From Gammaproteobacteria bacterium (lineage in GTDB: Bacteria > Pseudomonadota > Gammaproteobacteria > Eutrophobiales > Eutrophobiaceae), in NCBI GenBank assembly GCA_965215365.1, contig CBDCDS010000003.1, positions 1,536,001 through 1,600,000 on the forward strand: a stretch of DNA of 64,000 nucleotides. The letters are read 5' to 3'. Position 1 is the first letter of the stretch, and every line of letters starts with the position of its first letter. Position numbers and translations under genes: made by a program. Under the pieces are notes generated by a model. The model searched no databases. It was not told the DNA's origin and worked only from the letters and a program-made list of their open reading frames with translations. Shown one piece after another: positions 39,287-51,562 of this stretch.

Positions 39287-41212
39287 ATGGCGATACGCAC
39301 CGAGACTCCCAACACTGATGTCCCCACTGCGGTACAGACGCCCGACACTTTAGTGCCCGGCGGGCGCTTTCGCGGGCAGCTCAGCACCGCCGGCGAGACC
39401 GACCGTGTGCACGTGGAACTCAGCGCCGGGCAGCCCTATACCTTCACCTTGCACGGCATCGGGCCGGACCCGGTCACAGACCCGGTGTTGCGCATCTATG
39501 ATGCCACCGGCACTCAGCTGGCCGTGTATGACGATGTCGATGTGAGCACCCGGCAGTTGTATGCGCACGGTGTGTTTATCCCGCCCGCCGATGGGGTTTA
39601 TACCCTCAGTGCCGGCGCTTATGCCGGGGCGCAACGAGACCAAGCCACCGGCCACTATGAGCTGCGCATCTATGAGGCGACCGAGGCTGCCGGGCGCACT
39701 GTCACCGGCACGCCCGGTGCGGATGCTTATCTGGCCGGCGGGCCGGGGGACGATACGCTCCGTGGCGGGGCGGGCGATGATGTCTTAGACGGCGGGCCCG
39801 GGGCCGATACCCTGTCCGGCGGCCCGGGCCGTGATACCGCCTGGTACGGCTATGGTGGTGCTGGCGTGGTGGTGAACCTGACCACCGGGCAGACCGGCGG
39901 GGCGGCCGGCGGCGATGTCTTCACCCCCGGCCCGCATACGCAGACCGATGGAGCAGGGCGCATCCGGGTGCTGCCCGACATTGAAAACCTGCACGGCTCG
40001 GCGCATGCCGATAGCTTAACCGGCAATGCCTTACCCAATACCCTTAACGGCGATGCCGGGGATGATACCTTGCGCGGGCAGGGCGGCAATGACTGGCTGG
40101 TGGGCGGGGCGGGTGGCGATGTGCTCGTGGGCGGGGCGGGGGTCGATGCGGTGAGCTATGCCGACTCCCCGGCCGGGGTAGTGGTGAATCTGAGCACCGG
40201 GCAGGGTCACGGCGGGGATGCCGCCGGTGACACCTTCCCCGGGCGTAAGGTCGTGGTGGTGCTCGATGCTGCCGGGCGTACCCAACGGGCGGTGGCCGCT
40301 GACATTGAATACTTAGACGGCTCAGCCTATGCCGATACCCTCAGTGGCGATAGTGGGGCGAACCGCCTGGCCGGGCGGGACGGGGACGATACCCTGAGCG
40401 GTGGCGAGGGCGACGACTGGCTCGAAGGCGAAGGCGGCGGCGATGTCCTCATGGGCGGTGCCGGTCAGGATGCCGCCTCGTATCGCACCTCCCCGGCCGG
40501 GGTGGTGGTGCGCCTGCACAGCGGGCAAGCCGCCGGCGGGGATGCTCAGGGCGATAGCTTCGCCTTTACCGACACCCTCACCGTGCCCGGCCCCGACGGG
40601 GACATGACCGTGGCCGTGACCGACATTGAGCATCTGTACGGCTCGGACCATAATGACATCTTAGCCGGCGATGGGCGCAATAATGTATTAGACGGCGGGG
40701 CCGGGAACGACACCCTCTACGGCGGCCCCGACGGCGGCGATGATACCCTCAACGGCGGGGACGGCAATGACCGGATATTCGGCGGCAAGGGGGACGATAC
40801 CCTCAACGGCGGGGACGGCAATGATACCTTGCGTGGTAATGCCGACGACGACACCCTGAACGGCGGGCCGGGGGACGATACCTTGTACGGCGGCCCCGGG
40901 AATGACCGCCTCAACGGCGGCCCCGGCACTGACACCCTCACCGGCGGGGACGGCGATGATACCTTCATCTTCGCCCCCGGCGCCGGCAGCGATACCATCA
41001 CCGACTTTGAGCGCGGGAACGACCGCATTGACCTGAGTGCCTTTACCGAGCTGACCACGCTAGCCGATTTGATCCAGACCCCCGACCCGCAAGGACTGCG
41101 CCTGAGCGTCCCCGGCTATCCCGACGATAGCCTCACCCTCGCCGGTGTGAGCGCCGACCTGCTCACCGACGCCGATGTGATCTTTGCCGAAGACGACGCG
41201 CTGATAAGCTGA
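39287..41212 (+). CDS. RTX-type calcium-binding repeat protein with N-terminal PPC-like domain
   Basis: Many GGxGxDxLx nonapeptides, IE.L.GS...D.L.G repeats, C-terminal DTITDF...DRIDL typical of T1SS substrates; no signal peptide. Confidence 0.88.
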   Translation: MAIRTETPNTDVPTAVQTPDTLVPGGRFRGQLSTAGETDRVHVELSAGQPYTFTLHGIGPDPVTDPVLRIYDATGTQLAVYDDVDVSTRQLYAHGVFIPPADGVYTLSAGAYAGAQRDQATGHYELRIYEATEAAGRTVTGTPGADAYLAGGPGDDTLRGGAGDDVLDGGPGADTLSGGPGRDTAWYGYGGAGVVVNLTTGQTGGAAGGDVFTPGPHTQTDGAGRIRVLPDIENLHGSAHADSLTGNALPNTLNGDAGDDTLRGQGGNDWLVGGAGGDVLVGGAGVDAVSYADSPAGVVVNLSTGQGHGGDAAGDTFPGRKVVVVLDAAGRTQRAVAADIEYLDGSAYADTLSGDSGANRLAGRDGDDTLSGGEGDDWLEGEGGGDVLMGGAGQDAASYRTSPAGVVVRLHSGQAAGGDAQGDSFAFTDTLTVPGPDGDMTVAVTDIEHLYGSDHNDILAGDGRNNVLDGGAGNDTLYGGPDGGDDTLNGGDGNDRIFGGKGDDTLNGGDGNDTLRGNADDDTLNGGPGDDTLYGGPGNDRLNGGPGTDTLTGGDGDDTFIFAPGAGSDTITDFERGNDRIDLSAFTELTTLADLIQTPDPQGLRLSVPGYPDDSLTLAGVSADLLTDADVIFAEDDALIS

Positions 41213-41297
41213 GCGACCGCTGCACCCTCACTGGTCTTGCCCTGCCTGCGGGCAAGTGCTTTCTCGATCATAGCTACCGCTATGCTCATCGTCGCAG

Positions 41298-41356
41298 GTG
41301 CCCGCAGGCAGGACCAATCCGGCGCGATCTTCGCATCACTTGGTGAGATATGCGGG

Positions 41357-41359
<3 letters not shown>
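41298..41359 (+). repeat. Full 62-bp repeat copy; supplies wrbA stop codon
   Basis: GTGCCCGCAGGCAGGACCAATCCGG...GATATGCGGGTTA; inverted partial left end at 41232-41254. Confidence 0.9.
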
Positions 41360-42016
<657 letters not shown>

Positions 42017-43738
42017 TCATACTGCTACTCTTTGTTCCAGTTTTTTCCGGATAAACTCCACGGCCTGCGCCAACGGAATATCCGTGTTCTGCTCGTCACG
42101 GCGGCCCTTGTATTCCAGGGTTTGGTTATCCAGCCCACGTTCGCTGAAGACGAAACGGTGGGGTATGCCGATCAGTTCCATGTCGGCGAATATCACGCCC
42201 GGCCGTTCCCTCCTGTCGTCCAGCAGCACACTGACGCCGCCATCCAGCAGTGTTTGGTACAGCTCTTCCACGGCGCTGTGCAGGCGTTGTGATTTATGTG
42301 CATGGATGGGTACCAGGGCCAGCTGGTACGGCGCCAGCGCCGGCGGCCAGATGATGCCGCGGGCGTCGTGGTTTTGTTCGATGGCCGCCGCCACGATGCG
42401 TGACACACCGATACCGTAACAACCCATGTATAAGGTCGCGGCCGCACCGGTTTCATCCAGACAGTTCGCCTTCATGGCGGCGCTGTATTTGGTTCCCAAC
42501 TGAAAAATATGACCCACCTCGATGCCGCGGGCGATTTGCAAGGGGCCGGAACCATCGGGCGCGGGGTCACCATCCACCACGTTGCGCAAGTCGGCGGACA
42601 CCGGCGGCGGCAGGTCGCGCTGCCAGTTTACGCCGGTCAGGTGATAGCCGTTCTCGTTGGCTCCGCAGATGAAATCTGCCAGCACCAGGGCATCATTATC
42701 CGCAATGACGGGAATGTTCAGGCCCACCGGGCCTAATGAACCAATGTCGCAACCCACCTGTTCTGTGATCGCTGCGGACGGCGCAAACGTCAGCGGGCTT
42801 GCCACTTGCGGCAGTTGTTCCGCCTTCAGCCGGTTCAGTTCATGGTCGCCGCGCAATACCAGTGCCACCAAATCATCGTCACTGCCCTTGACGATCAGCG
42901 TTTTCAGGCAGCGCGCCGGGCTTGCCCCGAGAAAATTACTAAGCTCGGCTATGGTATGTTGGTCGGGGGTCGCCACTTTGTGCAGCACTTCCTGCGGTGC
43001 CGGTCGTGGCTGTGCAGGTGGTGGCGCCGCGATCAGTTCCACGTTAGTGGCAAATTCGGAACCTGCTGAAAACGCAATACTGTCTTCACCGGAATCGGCC
43101 AGTACGTGAAACTCATGGGAGACCTTGCCGCCGATATTGCCACTGTCGGCCACCACGGGACGAAACTCAAGACCGAGGCGCTCGAAAATACGTGTATAGG
43201 CGCGATACATCGCCTGATAGGTCTGTTCCAGCGAAGCCTGATTGAGGTGGAACGAGTAGGCGTCTTTCATGATAAATTCGCGGGCGCGTATGAGCCCGAA
43301 ACGAGGACGAATCTCATCGCGGAACTTGGTCTGGATCTGGTAGAAATTGGCTGGTAACTGCTTGTAACTGCGAAGCTCGTGCCGGATTAAATCCGTGATG
43401 ACTTCTTCATGCGTGGGGCCCAGACAAAAGTCGCGTTGGTGCCGGTCCTGAAAGCGCAATAATTCCGGGCCGTATTCTTCCCAGCGTTGGGATTCCCGCC
43501 ATAATTCTGCCGGTTGCACACCGGACAGCAGCACTTCCTGAGCGCCGGTCGCATCCATCTCCTCCCGTACTACAGCCTCCACGCGGCGCAGGACTCTCAA
43601 CCCCAGCGGTAACCAATTATAGATTCCCGCAGCTGTTTTGCGCACCATGCCGGCCCGCAACAGCAGTTGATGGCTGATGATCTCGGCATCTGCCGGTGCT
43701 TCGCGCAGGGTGGCCAAGAGGGTCTCGGTAGTTCGCAT
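42017..43738 (-). CDS. proS: Proline--tRNA ligase
   Basis: [23 protein letters not shown] editing domain, [21 protein letters not shown]. Confidence 0.97.
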   Translation of the reverse strand: MRTTETLLATLREAPADAEIISHQLLLRAGMVRKTAAGIYNWLPLGLRVLRRVEAVVREEMDATGAQEVLLSGVQPAELWRESQRWEEYGPELLRFQDRHQRDFCLGPTHEEVITDLIRHELRSYKQLPANFYQIQTKFRDEIRPRFGLIRAREFIMKDAYSFHLNQASLEQTYQAMYRAYTRIFERLGLEFRPVVADSGNIGGKVSHEFHVLADSGEDSIAFSAGSEFATNVELIAAPPPAQPRPAPQEVLHKVATPDQHTIAELSNFLGASPARCLKTLIVKGSDDDLVALVLRGDHELNRLKAEQLPQVASPLTFAPSAAITEQVGCDIGSLGPVGLNIPVIADNDALVLADFICGANENGYHLTGVNWQRDLPPPVSADLRNVVDGDPAPDGSGPLQIARGIEVGHIFQLGTKYSAAMKANCLDETGAAATLYMGCYGIGVSRIVAAAIEQNHDARGIIWPPALAPYQLALVPIHAHKSQRLHSAVEELYQTLLDGGVSVLLDDRRERPGVIFADMELIGIPHRFVFSERGLDNQTLEYKGRRDEQNTDIPLAQAVEFIRKKLEQRVAV

Positions 43739-43789
43739 GGCGTTTGTCAGTGGCTGATACCGGTCAGAATTAAATAGAGAGAGCTAGTA

Positions 43790-44572
43790 TCAGGGTGCAT
43801 TGTCCAGCATCTTCCTGACAAAATCCACCGTCAATTTTCGCTGCGCCTCCAGACTCTGGCGCTCCAGGCGATCCAGCCAGTGGAACAGGTTGCGGGTATC
43901 GCGCTCGACCCGCTTGATGAGGAATTCAACCACCGGGGCACTCAATTCAAAGCCGCGCTGCCGGGCGCGCTGTTGCAGCGCGGTGATATTCTCACCGTCA
44001 GCCAGGGGGTGCAGGTGATAACAAAGCCCCCAGCACAGCCTTGATTTGAGGTCGGGCAGGCGCACCAGACTGGCTTTAGGACTGTGACCGGCACTGATGA
44101 CCAGGGGAGTTTGCGTATCCTTGAGGCGATTAAACAGGTTGAACAGCGCCAGCTCCCATTCGTCCCTGCCGGCCAGTTGCTCCATGTCGTCCAGACATAC
44201 CAGGCTGAGCTCTTCCAGCGCCGCGAACAAGTCCGGGGTAAAATCATCGATTTGCCTTAACGGGATGTAGGCGCAGGGGCGCTGGTGCTGCGCGGCCAGG
44301 CCGCATACCGCCTGCAGCAAGTGGGTCTTACCGGTTCCCGGCCCGGCCCAGAGATAGATATTGGCATGACTTGAGCCGGTCGCGAGGTGTTGCAGGGACG
44401 CCAACGCGTCGCCATTGAGGCCAGGGATATAAGTCGCAAAAGTATGAACGTCGTGGCGGGTGAAACCCAACGGCAGTTGCGAACCGGGTGGGGAGCCAGC
44501 AACAGCGGCCCGCGACCGGAAGGTGTGGCCGCGGTAAAATTCCAGGGGCAGTTGGCTCTTGTACTCTTTCAA
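43790..44572 (-). CDS. hda: DnaA regulatory inactivator Hda (TTG start uncertain)
   Basis: QLPL clamp motifs, GTGKTHLL, LFNLFN, LPDLKSRL, ERD; near purM. Confidence 0.92.
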   Translation of the reverse strand: MKEYKSQLPLEFYRGHTFRSRAAVAGSPPGSQLPLGFTRHDVHTFATYIPGLNGDALASLQHLATGSSHANIYLWAGPGTGKTHLLQAVCGLAAQHQRPCAYIPLRQIDDFTPDLFAALEELSLVCLDDMEQLAGRDEWELALFNLFNRLKDTQTPLVISAGHSPKASLVRLPDLKSRLCWGLCYHLHPLADGENITALQQRARQRGFELSAPVVEFLIKRVERDTRNLFHWLDRLERQSLEAQRKLTVDFVRKMLDNAP

Positions 44573-44584
44573 GCTGATATGAGC

Positions 44585-45649
44585 CTATTGTCGGAGCCGG
44601 GCCAGACGGTAGTAGTGACCGTCGGTGTCCGCTACCGGCTCCAGGGTGCGACCCAGGCTGAGGGTTTGTAGTATCGTCTGGGCGCCGCCATGCGCCGTCA
44701 ACGCCAGCGTTACCTCGCCGCGGCGCACCTCCTTGACGTGGATATGGCCCACTGAGTGCAGGGAATCGAGGTAGGCCAGCAGCCGTGCGTACTGTTCGAT
44801 GGTATCGATGGCGCCTACCGTTATCTCAATGTCTCCCACCGGAATATAACTGCTGCTGCGCAAAAACTCGCCGGCCAGGGTATCGGCAAAACCGTTGAAA
44901 CCTTCTTCCAGCGCAGTCTCCGGCAATTCGGTCTGCGTAGTCCACTCATGTTCGGGCCGGCTCTCGCCATAGCTGCGCCAGTGGCCTTCCCAGATGCCCG
45001 GTGCCACCGCGCTGACACTGGCCGTGAGGATAACATCGGCATTGTAGCGGGCCGACGCGGCCATGATCGGCTCGCGGAAATCCAGCCAGACATCACCGGG
45101 GCGGATTTGCCGTTGCTCATCTAGGTCCAACAGCGGCAGCAGCATGGGGATGCCGCGCCGTTGTGCCAGCTGCTGTATTATCCTCAGCAACTCCGGGGCT
45201 TGCCCGGCCTCGACGAACCCTCTGCGCCCGGCCTGTTCCAACACCAGCCAGACCAGTACCGACGGGCGTTCCCGGTCCCACACCGGCAGGCCCGCGGCGC
45301 GCAGCGAGCGGTTCAGGTTCTGTTCGTCAAATTTAACCGTGAAACGCCAACTTGGCACCGGTACGCCCTCGGGCCCGGCCGTTGCTGCGTCATGGTAGCG
45401 ATATTGCTGAACAAATGTTTCCGCCGCTTGCAGGAGCGGTTGTAACGCCGTGTTCCGCGCCACTTCACGCACGCCGGTCAATTTCACCAGTACCTTGCCC
45501 AGACAGGCGCGCACTGCCGCTATCCGGTCTTCATCCGATTGGCTGCTGACCAGGGTCTCGGCCTGGTACAGCCGCGGCACCTCGGTGGCATGGGCAGTGT
45601 CAGGCAGCAGGGTGCACAGGCAGTAGAATATGAGCGCTATTCTTTTCAT
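44585..45649 (-). CDS. DUF2066-like exported protein
   Basis: Signal peptide, LY.A...V..QS...R, VLVKLTG, LPVW..RPSVLVWL, LPLLDL; lies between purM and hda. Confidence 0.8.
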   Translation of the reverse strand: MKRIALIFYCLCTLLPDTAHATEVPRLYQAETLVSSQSDEDRIAAVRACLGKVLVKLTGVREVARNTALQPLLQAAETFVQQYRYHDAATAGPEGVPVPSWRFTVKFDEQNLNRSLRAAGLPVWDRERPSVLVWLVLEQAGRRGFVEAGQAPELLRIIQQLAQRRGIPMLLPLLDLDEQRQIRPGDVWLDFREPIMAASARYNADVILTASVSAVAPGIWEGHWRSYGESRPEHEWTTQTELPETALEEGFNGFADTLAGEFLRSSSYIPVGDIEITVGAIDTIEQYARLLAYLDSLHSVGHIHVKEVRRGEVTLALTAHGGAQTILQTLSLGRTLEPVADTDGHYYRLARLRQ

Positions 45650-45696
45650 TTGTGGTAGCGGGGTTTGCGACAACCGCTAATCCTTTACATTATAAA

Positions 45697-45722
45697 AGCA
45701 TCTCTGAAAATTAGAGGTAGCT
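45697..45722. repeat. Short palindrome, ACCTCT..AGAGGT family
   Basis: AGCATCTCTGAAAATTAGAGGTAGCT in a divergent promoter region. Confidence 0.5.
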
Positions 45723-45763
45723 TTTATCGCACACCACCCTTTCCAGGTGATATTATCGTATCC

Positions 45764-46795
45764 ATGCAGCGTTCCGACTATGAGGCCGCCGGGGTCAGTA
45801 TCGACCGGGGCAACGAACTGGTAGCCAATATCAGGCCACTGGCGCGAGCGGCGCAACGTCCCGAAGCACTGGGTGATTTGGGCGGTTTCGGCGCGCTGTT
45901 CGATCTGTCCGCCACGAACTACCGTCAGCCGCTACTGGTATCCGGTGCCGACGGTGTGGGCACCAAACTGAAACTGGCCATTGAGCTGGGCCGGCATGAT
46001 ACCATCGGTATAGATCTGGTTGCCATGTGCGTCAACGACATCCTGGTGCAGGGCGCAGAACCGCTGTTTTTCCTCGATTATTTTGCTTGTTCCAGGCTGG
46101 ATGTCGCCACCGCCACGGAGGTGGTGAAGGGCATTGCCCGGGGTTGCCAACTGTCCGGCTGCGCGCTGAGCGGCGGCGAGACTGCGGAAATGCCGGGGAT
46201 GTACCAGCCTGGCGATTACGATCTGGCCGGTTTCTGTGTGGGGGTGGTGGAAAAACAGGACCTTATCACCGGCGCGCAAGTCAGGCCGGGAGATGTGTTG
46301 CTTGCGCTCCCTTCCAGCGGCCCTCATGCCAACGGTTTTACCCTGATCCGGAAACTGCTCAACGCTTCCGGGACGGTGTTGAGCGACCGCCTCGATGGGG
46401 TTCCATTTGCTGACCTGCTGCTGGAACCGACGCGCATTTACCGGGATGCGGTGTTTGCCCTGTTGCCGGCGGTTACGCTCAAGGCCATGGCCCACATCAC
46501 CGGCGGCGGGTTAAGTGAGAACATCCCCCGGGTTTTGCCCGCCTCCACAGGCGCAGAAATAGACCTGGACAGTTGGCACTGGCCGGCGCTGTTTCATTGG
46601 CTGCAGGACACCGGCAATATCGAGTTGGCAGAAATGCACCGCACCTTCAACTGCGGCGTCGGTCTGGTGCTGGCAGTCAGCCCGGAGGAGGAAGAAAAAA
46701 CGCTGGGACTGTTACGCGCCGCAGGGGAGCAGCCCTGGCGCCTGGGCCGAGTTGGGGCGCATACAGGCCAGGGCGCGCGGGTACGGTATGTCTAA
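45764..46795 (+). CDS. purM: Phosphoribosylformylglycinamidine cyclo-ligase
   Basis: [39 protein letters not shown]. Confidence 0.97.
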   Translation: MQRSDYEAAGVSIDRGNELVANIRPLARAAQRPEALGDLGGFGALFDLSATNYRQPLLVSGADGVGTKLKLAIELGRHDTIGIDLVAMCVNDILVQGAEPLFFLDYFACSRLDVATATEVVKGIARGCQLSGCALSGGETAEMPGMYQPGDYDLAGFCVGVVEKQDLITGAQVRPGDVLLALPSSGPHANGFTLIRKLLNASGTVLSDRLDGVPFADLLLEPTRIYRDAVFALLPAVTLKAMAHITGGGLSENIPRVLPASTGAEIDLDSWHWPALFHWLQDTGNIELAEMHRTFNCGVGLVLAVSPEEEEKTLGLLRAAGEQPWRLGRVGAHTGQGARVRYV

Positions 46796-46854
46796 CCCGC
46801 AGGCAGAACCAATCCGGCGCGATCTTCGCATCACTTGGTGAGCTCCGCGGGCTA
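46793..46854 (+). repeat. Full 62-bp repeat forming the entire purM/prpC junction
   Basis: TAACCCGCAG...CCGCGGGCTA; its first TAA is the purM stop and its last CTA is the prpC stop. Confidence 0.93.
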
Positions 46855-47985
46855 ACCCCGAGCTTCTATCTCCACAAACTCCACCTTGTCCGGCCCCGTG
46901 TAGTGGGCACCGGGGCGGATGATCTTACCGTCTTGGCGTTGTTCAATGATGTGGGCAGCCCAGCCGGCGACCCGGGACATGACGAATATCGGGGTAAACA
47001 TGGGTGTGGGGATGCCCATCATGTGATAAGAGACGGCGGAGAACCAGTCCAGATTTGGGAACATCCTCTTGACCTCCCACAGCACTGTTTCCAGCCGGGC
47101 GGCGACATTGAACAGCCGCATATCGCCGTGGTCCAAGGAAAGCTGCCTTGCCACGCGTTTGATGACCTCGTTGCGGGGGTCGGCGATGGTATAAACAGGG
47201 TGGCCGAACCCGATCACGATCTCCTTGCGGGCCAGCCGCGCGCGGATGTCCGCCTCCGCCTCGTCCGGATCAGCATAGCGTTGCTGGATTGCCATGGCGG
47301 CTTCGTTGGCGCCGCCGTGCTTGGGCCCGCGCAGGGCGCCGATGGCGCCGGTAACCGCTGAATACATATCCGCTCCGGTGCCGGCGATAACCCGGCCGGT
47401 AAAGGTAGAGGCGTTGAATTCATGTTCGGCATACAGGATCAGAGAGGTGTGCATGGCCCGTGTCCATACCTCCGGGGGCGGCTGCCGGTGCAGCAGGTGC
47501 AGGAAATGCCCGCCGATGGAATCATCTTCGGTATTTTCATCAATACGCGTGCCGTGGCGGCTGAAGTGATGCCAGTACGCCAGCATGGACGGCAACGCGG
47601 CCAGCAGGCGATCGGCAATAGCGCGGGCCTCCGCAACAGAAGGTGCCTCGGACTCCGGCGCCACCGCACCGAGCAATGAGCAGCCGGTCCTGAGCACATC
47701 CATGGGCGCAACCTCAGCCGGCAGCAGTTCTAAGCCGCGTTTTACCGGGTCCGGCAGGCTGCGCAGTCGGGCCAGTTTCGTCTTGTACCGATCCAGTTCC
47801 GCACAGGTGGGCAGTCGCTCATGCAGCAGCAGGTGTGCAATTTCTTCAAATTCACAGGCCTCGGCGATATCCAGGATGTCATAGCCCCGATAAGACAGGT
47901 CGTTGCCAGTGCGACCCACCGTGCACAGCGCGGTGTTGCCGGCCGGCACGCCGGACAGCGCCACCGATTTTTTGGGTTTACTCAT
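46852..47985 (-). CDS. prpC: 2-methylcitrate synthase
   Basis: [51 protein letters not shown]. Confidence 0.95.
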   Translation of the reverse strand: MSKPKKSVALSGVPAGNTALCTVGRTGNDLSYRGYDILDIAEACEFEEIAHLLLHERLPTCAELDRYKTKLARLRSLPDPVKRGLELLPAEVAPMDVLRTGCSLLGAVAPESEAPSVAEARAIADRLLAALPSMLAYWHHFSRHGTRIDENTEDDSIGGHFLHLLHRQPPPEVWTRAMHTSLILYAEHEFNASTFTGRVIAGTGADMYSAVTGAIGALRGPKHGGANEAAMAIQQRYADPDEAEADIRARLARKEIVIGFGHPVYTIADPRNEVIKRVARQLSLDHGDMRLFNVAARLETVLWEVKRMFPNLDWFSAVSYHMMGIPTPMFTPIFVMSRVAGWAAHIIEQRQDGKIIRPGAHYTGPDKVEFVEIEARG

Positions 47986-48860
47986 GCCGGCGCGTCCTCA
48001 AGAAAGAGGGCGTCCAGTTTCCGTTCATAGTCGTGATAGCCCAGCAAATCATACAGCTCTTCCCGTGTTTGCATGGAATCGATAACCTCGCGCTGGTGAC
48101 CTGCGGCCAGCACCGACTGATAAAACCCCATGGCGGCCCGGTTCATCGCCCGGTACGCACCGCAGCAGTACAGCACAATGTCAACGCCGGCGGCGCCCAG
48201 TTCCGGGGTTGAGAACAGTGGCGTTTGACCAAATTCTGTGATGTTGGCCAGCAACGGCACTGGTAGCTGCGCGCGTAAGGTGCGGTACTGCTCCAGGGTC
48301 GTGACCGCTTCCGGGAAGATCATGTCGGCGCCGGCTTCAATGCAGGCATTGGCCCGCTCGATAACGGCCGGCATACCTGCCACGGCCAAGGCATCGGAGC
48401 GCGCCATGATGACGAAGTTATCATCGGTGCGGGCATCCACCGCGGCCTTGATGCGGTCGGTCATTTCCGCCTGTGAGACAATGGCCTTGTTGGGACGGTG
48501 ACCACAGCGTTTCTGCGTGACCTGATCCTCGATGTGCATGGCCGCGGCGCCGGCCTTAATCAGGCTGCGGGTGGTTCTGGCGATATTGAAGGCACCGCCG
48601 AAACCGGTATCTGCGTCCACCAGCAACGGCAGGTCACAGGCATCGGTAATGCGCCGCACGTCAATTAACAGGTCATCTAAGGAACTGATGCCAAGATCCG
48701 GCACCCCCAAAGAATTGGCAGCCAACCCGCCACCGGACAGATAAATGGCCTTATGGCCGGCGCGCGCCGCCATACGCGCAGCCAAGGCGTTAATGGCGCC
48801 GACAACCTGCAACGGTTTGTTCTCTGCCACTGCCTGGCGGAAATCAGTTGTTGGATTCAT
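47982..48860 (-). CDS. prpB: Methylisocitrate lyase
   Basis: [38 protein letters not shown]. Confidence 0.95.
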   Translation of the reverse strand: MNPTTDFRQAVAENKPLQVVGAINALAARMAARAGHKAIYLSGGGLAANSLGVPDLGISSLDDLLIDVRRITDACDLPLLVDADTGFGGAFNIARTTRSLIKAGAAAMHIEDQVTQKRCGHRPNKAIVSQAEMTDRIKAAVDARTDDNFVIMARSDALAVAGMPAVIERANACIEAGADMIFPEAVTTLEQYRTLRAQLPVPLLANITEFGQTPLFSTPELGAAGVDIVLYCCGAYRAMNRAAMGFYQSVLAAGHQREVIDSMQTREELYDLLGYHDYERKLDALFLEDAPA

Positions 48861-48975
48861 CAGGTTTATTGACCGCATCTCTGATTAAGCAAGAGGTTTC
48901 CCAAAATTATTCCAAGCCCTGCCAAAAACTGCGTTACGTGCGATTTTACTCTGCTTCCATGATTCCCTAAAATAG

Positions 48976-50016
<1,041 letters not shown>

Positions 50017-50023
50017 GGCTCTT

Positions 50024-50737
50024 TCAAAACAACTCTTCCAGAAAGTTCAGCAGTGTCTGCCAGGAGCGCTGCGCGGCGCGTTTGTTATAAATTGCACCCA
50101 GCTGCGGATTGTTGGCGTCCGGATTGGTGAAAGCGTGCAAGGTATTGCCATAGACGTGAATCTGCCAATCCGCGCCGGCTTGCGTCAACTCCTGCTCCAG
50201 TGCCACCACTGCATCCACCGGCACCATGGGGTCTTCATGCCCGTGTAGCGCCAGCACCCTGGCTGTTATGCGCGTCCCCGCAGTATTGCCGGGTGCCCCG
50301 AACAGGCCGTGAAAGCTCGCTACGCCCTTGACATCCGAACCAATACGGGCCAGATCCAGCACGCACAGGCCGCCGAAGCAGTAGCCGATCGCCGCCACCT
50401 GGCTTTCATCTACCTCCGGCTGTGCTCTCAGGGTGGCGAGCGCCGTCGTCAGGCGGGATTGCAACATGGCCCGGTCATCCAGAAACGGCTGTATGAGGCG
50501 GGCGTTCTCCTCCACACTGGCGCCCAACACCCCCTTGCCGTACAAGTCCGCGGCAAAGCCAACGTAACCCAGCTCCGCCAACGCCCGCGCCTTGTCACAC
50601 TCAAACTGACCGCGTCCGCCCCAGGCATGCACAACCATCACCGCCGGCCGTTCCCCTTGCTCAACATCATCGCCGGCAAGAAAACCTTCCAGCGTGACGC
50701 CCTCATGTTCATATTCGATAAAACGTTCTTGGATCAT
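50024..50737 (-). CDS. Dienelactone hydrolase family protein
   Basis: GYCFGG nucleophile elbow, SFHG, HG..DP, HAF. Confidence 0.92.
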   Translation of the reverse strand: MIQERFIEYEHEGVTLEGFLAGDDVEQGERPAVMVVHAWGGRGQFECDKARALAELGYVGFAADLYGKGVLGASVEENARLIQPFLDDRAMLQSRLTTALATLRAQPEVDESQVAAIGYCFGGLCVLDLARIGSDVKGVASFHGLFGAPGNTAGTRITARVLALHGHEDPMVPVDAVVALEQELTQAGADWQIHVYGNTLHAFTNPDANNPQLGAIYNKRAAQRSWQTLLNFLEELF

Positions 50738-50904
50738 GTCTTGAGCTCCTGTTGTCAAAGCAGTAATCGGCGCCACCTGATAACCTGTATTTTACCACAG
50801 AGAACACAAACTGAGGCAAGAACATTATGTCAAGAAAAAGTTGCAGATGTTGCCGCAATCGGGGATAATGATGAGGTTCCGGGGAATACTGGCGGCTGGA
50901 CAGA

Positions 50905-51258
50905 ATGACAGAAAATTCAAAATCCGAATTATTGGAAATCTACAAACTCCATGCAGAACTTGCAGACAGAGTCAGCCAGCGACGCGAAGCGGCAAACCGG
51001 CTGCACATCGGTATTCTTTCCGGCCTGGGTCTGGCTGCAAGCATCTTTATTGAGGCTGGCATTACAGAATCTGTGAACTTCGTTTTCTTGGCCGTGGGCA
51101 TACTTGGTTCTGTCATCTCTGCTTCCTGGTGGGTTGTGATAAGGTCTTACCATAGTGACACCGTCGCGGCTTTGGACGAGCCCGCTCACAGTTTGAGGCA
51201 GTTTGGTTCTACCAGGGAAGTTTTCGCTGACTTGGAGGAGTGCAGCGAGACAGGGTAG
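50905..51258 (+). pseudogene. Truncated two-TM membrane protein (RipA/8xMP-like) fused to a DinJ/RelB-like C-terminal fragment
   Basis: ELLEIYKL..E.ADRVSQRR..AN + 2 TM + WW..IRSY breaks at 51150; tail TVAALDE...F.S..EVFADLE recalls RelB/DinJ ends (family recall, unverified). Confidence 0.55.
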
Positions 51259-51281
51259 CTATGCGAAAAATTTCCTATTGA

Positions 51282-51455
51282 ATGAGCCAAGTGTTGCCGG
51301 ATGTGCAAATCCGGGTGCCGGACACGCGTCACCCGGACTTCACGGCTGAATGCCGCCGTTAGTGCCGTCTGGCGGCCAGGGCAGACAGGGCGGATCAACC
51401 CTTGCAGCAATTCATGGATGAAACTCTGGCGAACGTTGGCGGCTGGACAGAATGA
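51282..51455 (+). pseudogene. MazE-like (DUF3018) antitoxin with internal stop
   Basis: VQIRVPDTRHPDFTAECRR*CRLAARADRAD...GGWTE; TAG at 51360 where Q is expected. Confidence 0.8.
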
Positions 51456-51511
51456 CGCGCGGCGAACTGGTAACCATCGCCATGCAGGTGCAGTTTGGCA
51501 AGCCCAGACCT
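51452..51511 (+). pseudogene. PemK/MazF toxin N-terminal fragment
   Basis: MTRGELVTIAMQVQFGKPRP, ATGA-coupled to the antitoxin stop; similarity lost afterwards. Confidence 0.8.
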
Positions 51512-51562
51512 TACCTCACGATGGTAACGACTCGCCGAAGCCGGAGTGAAGAGTCATGCTCA

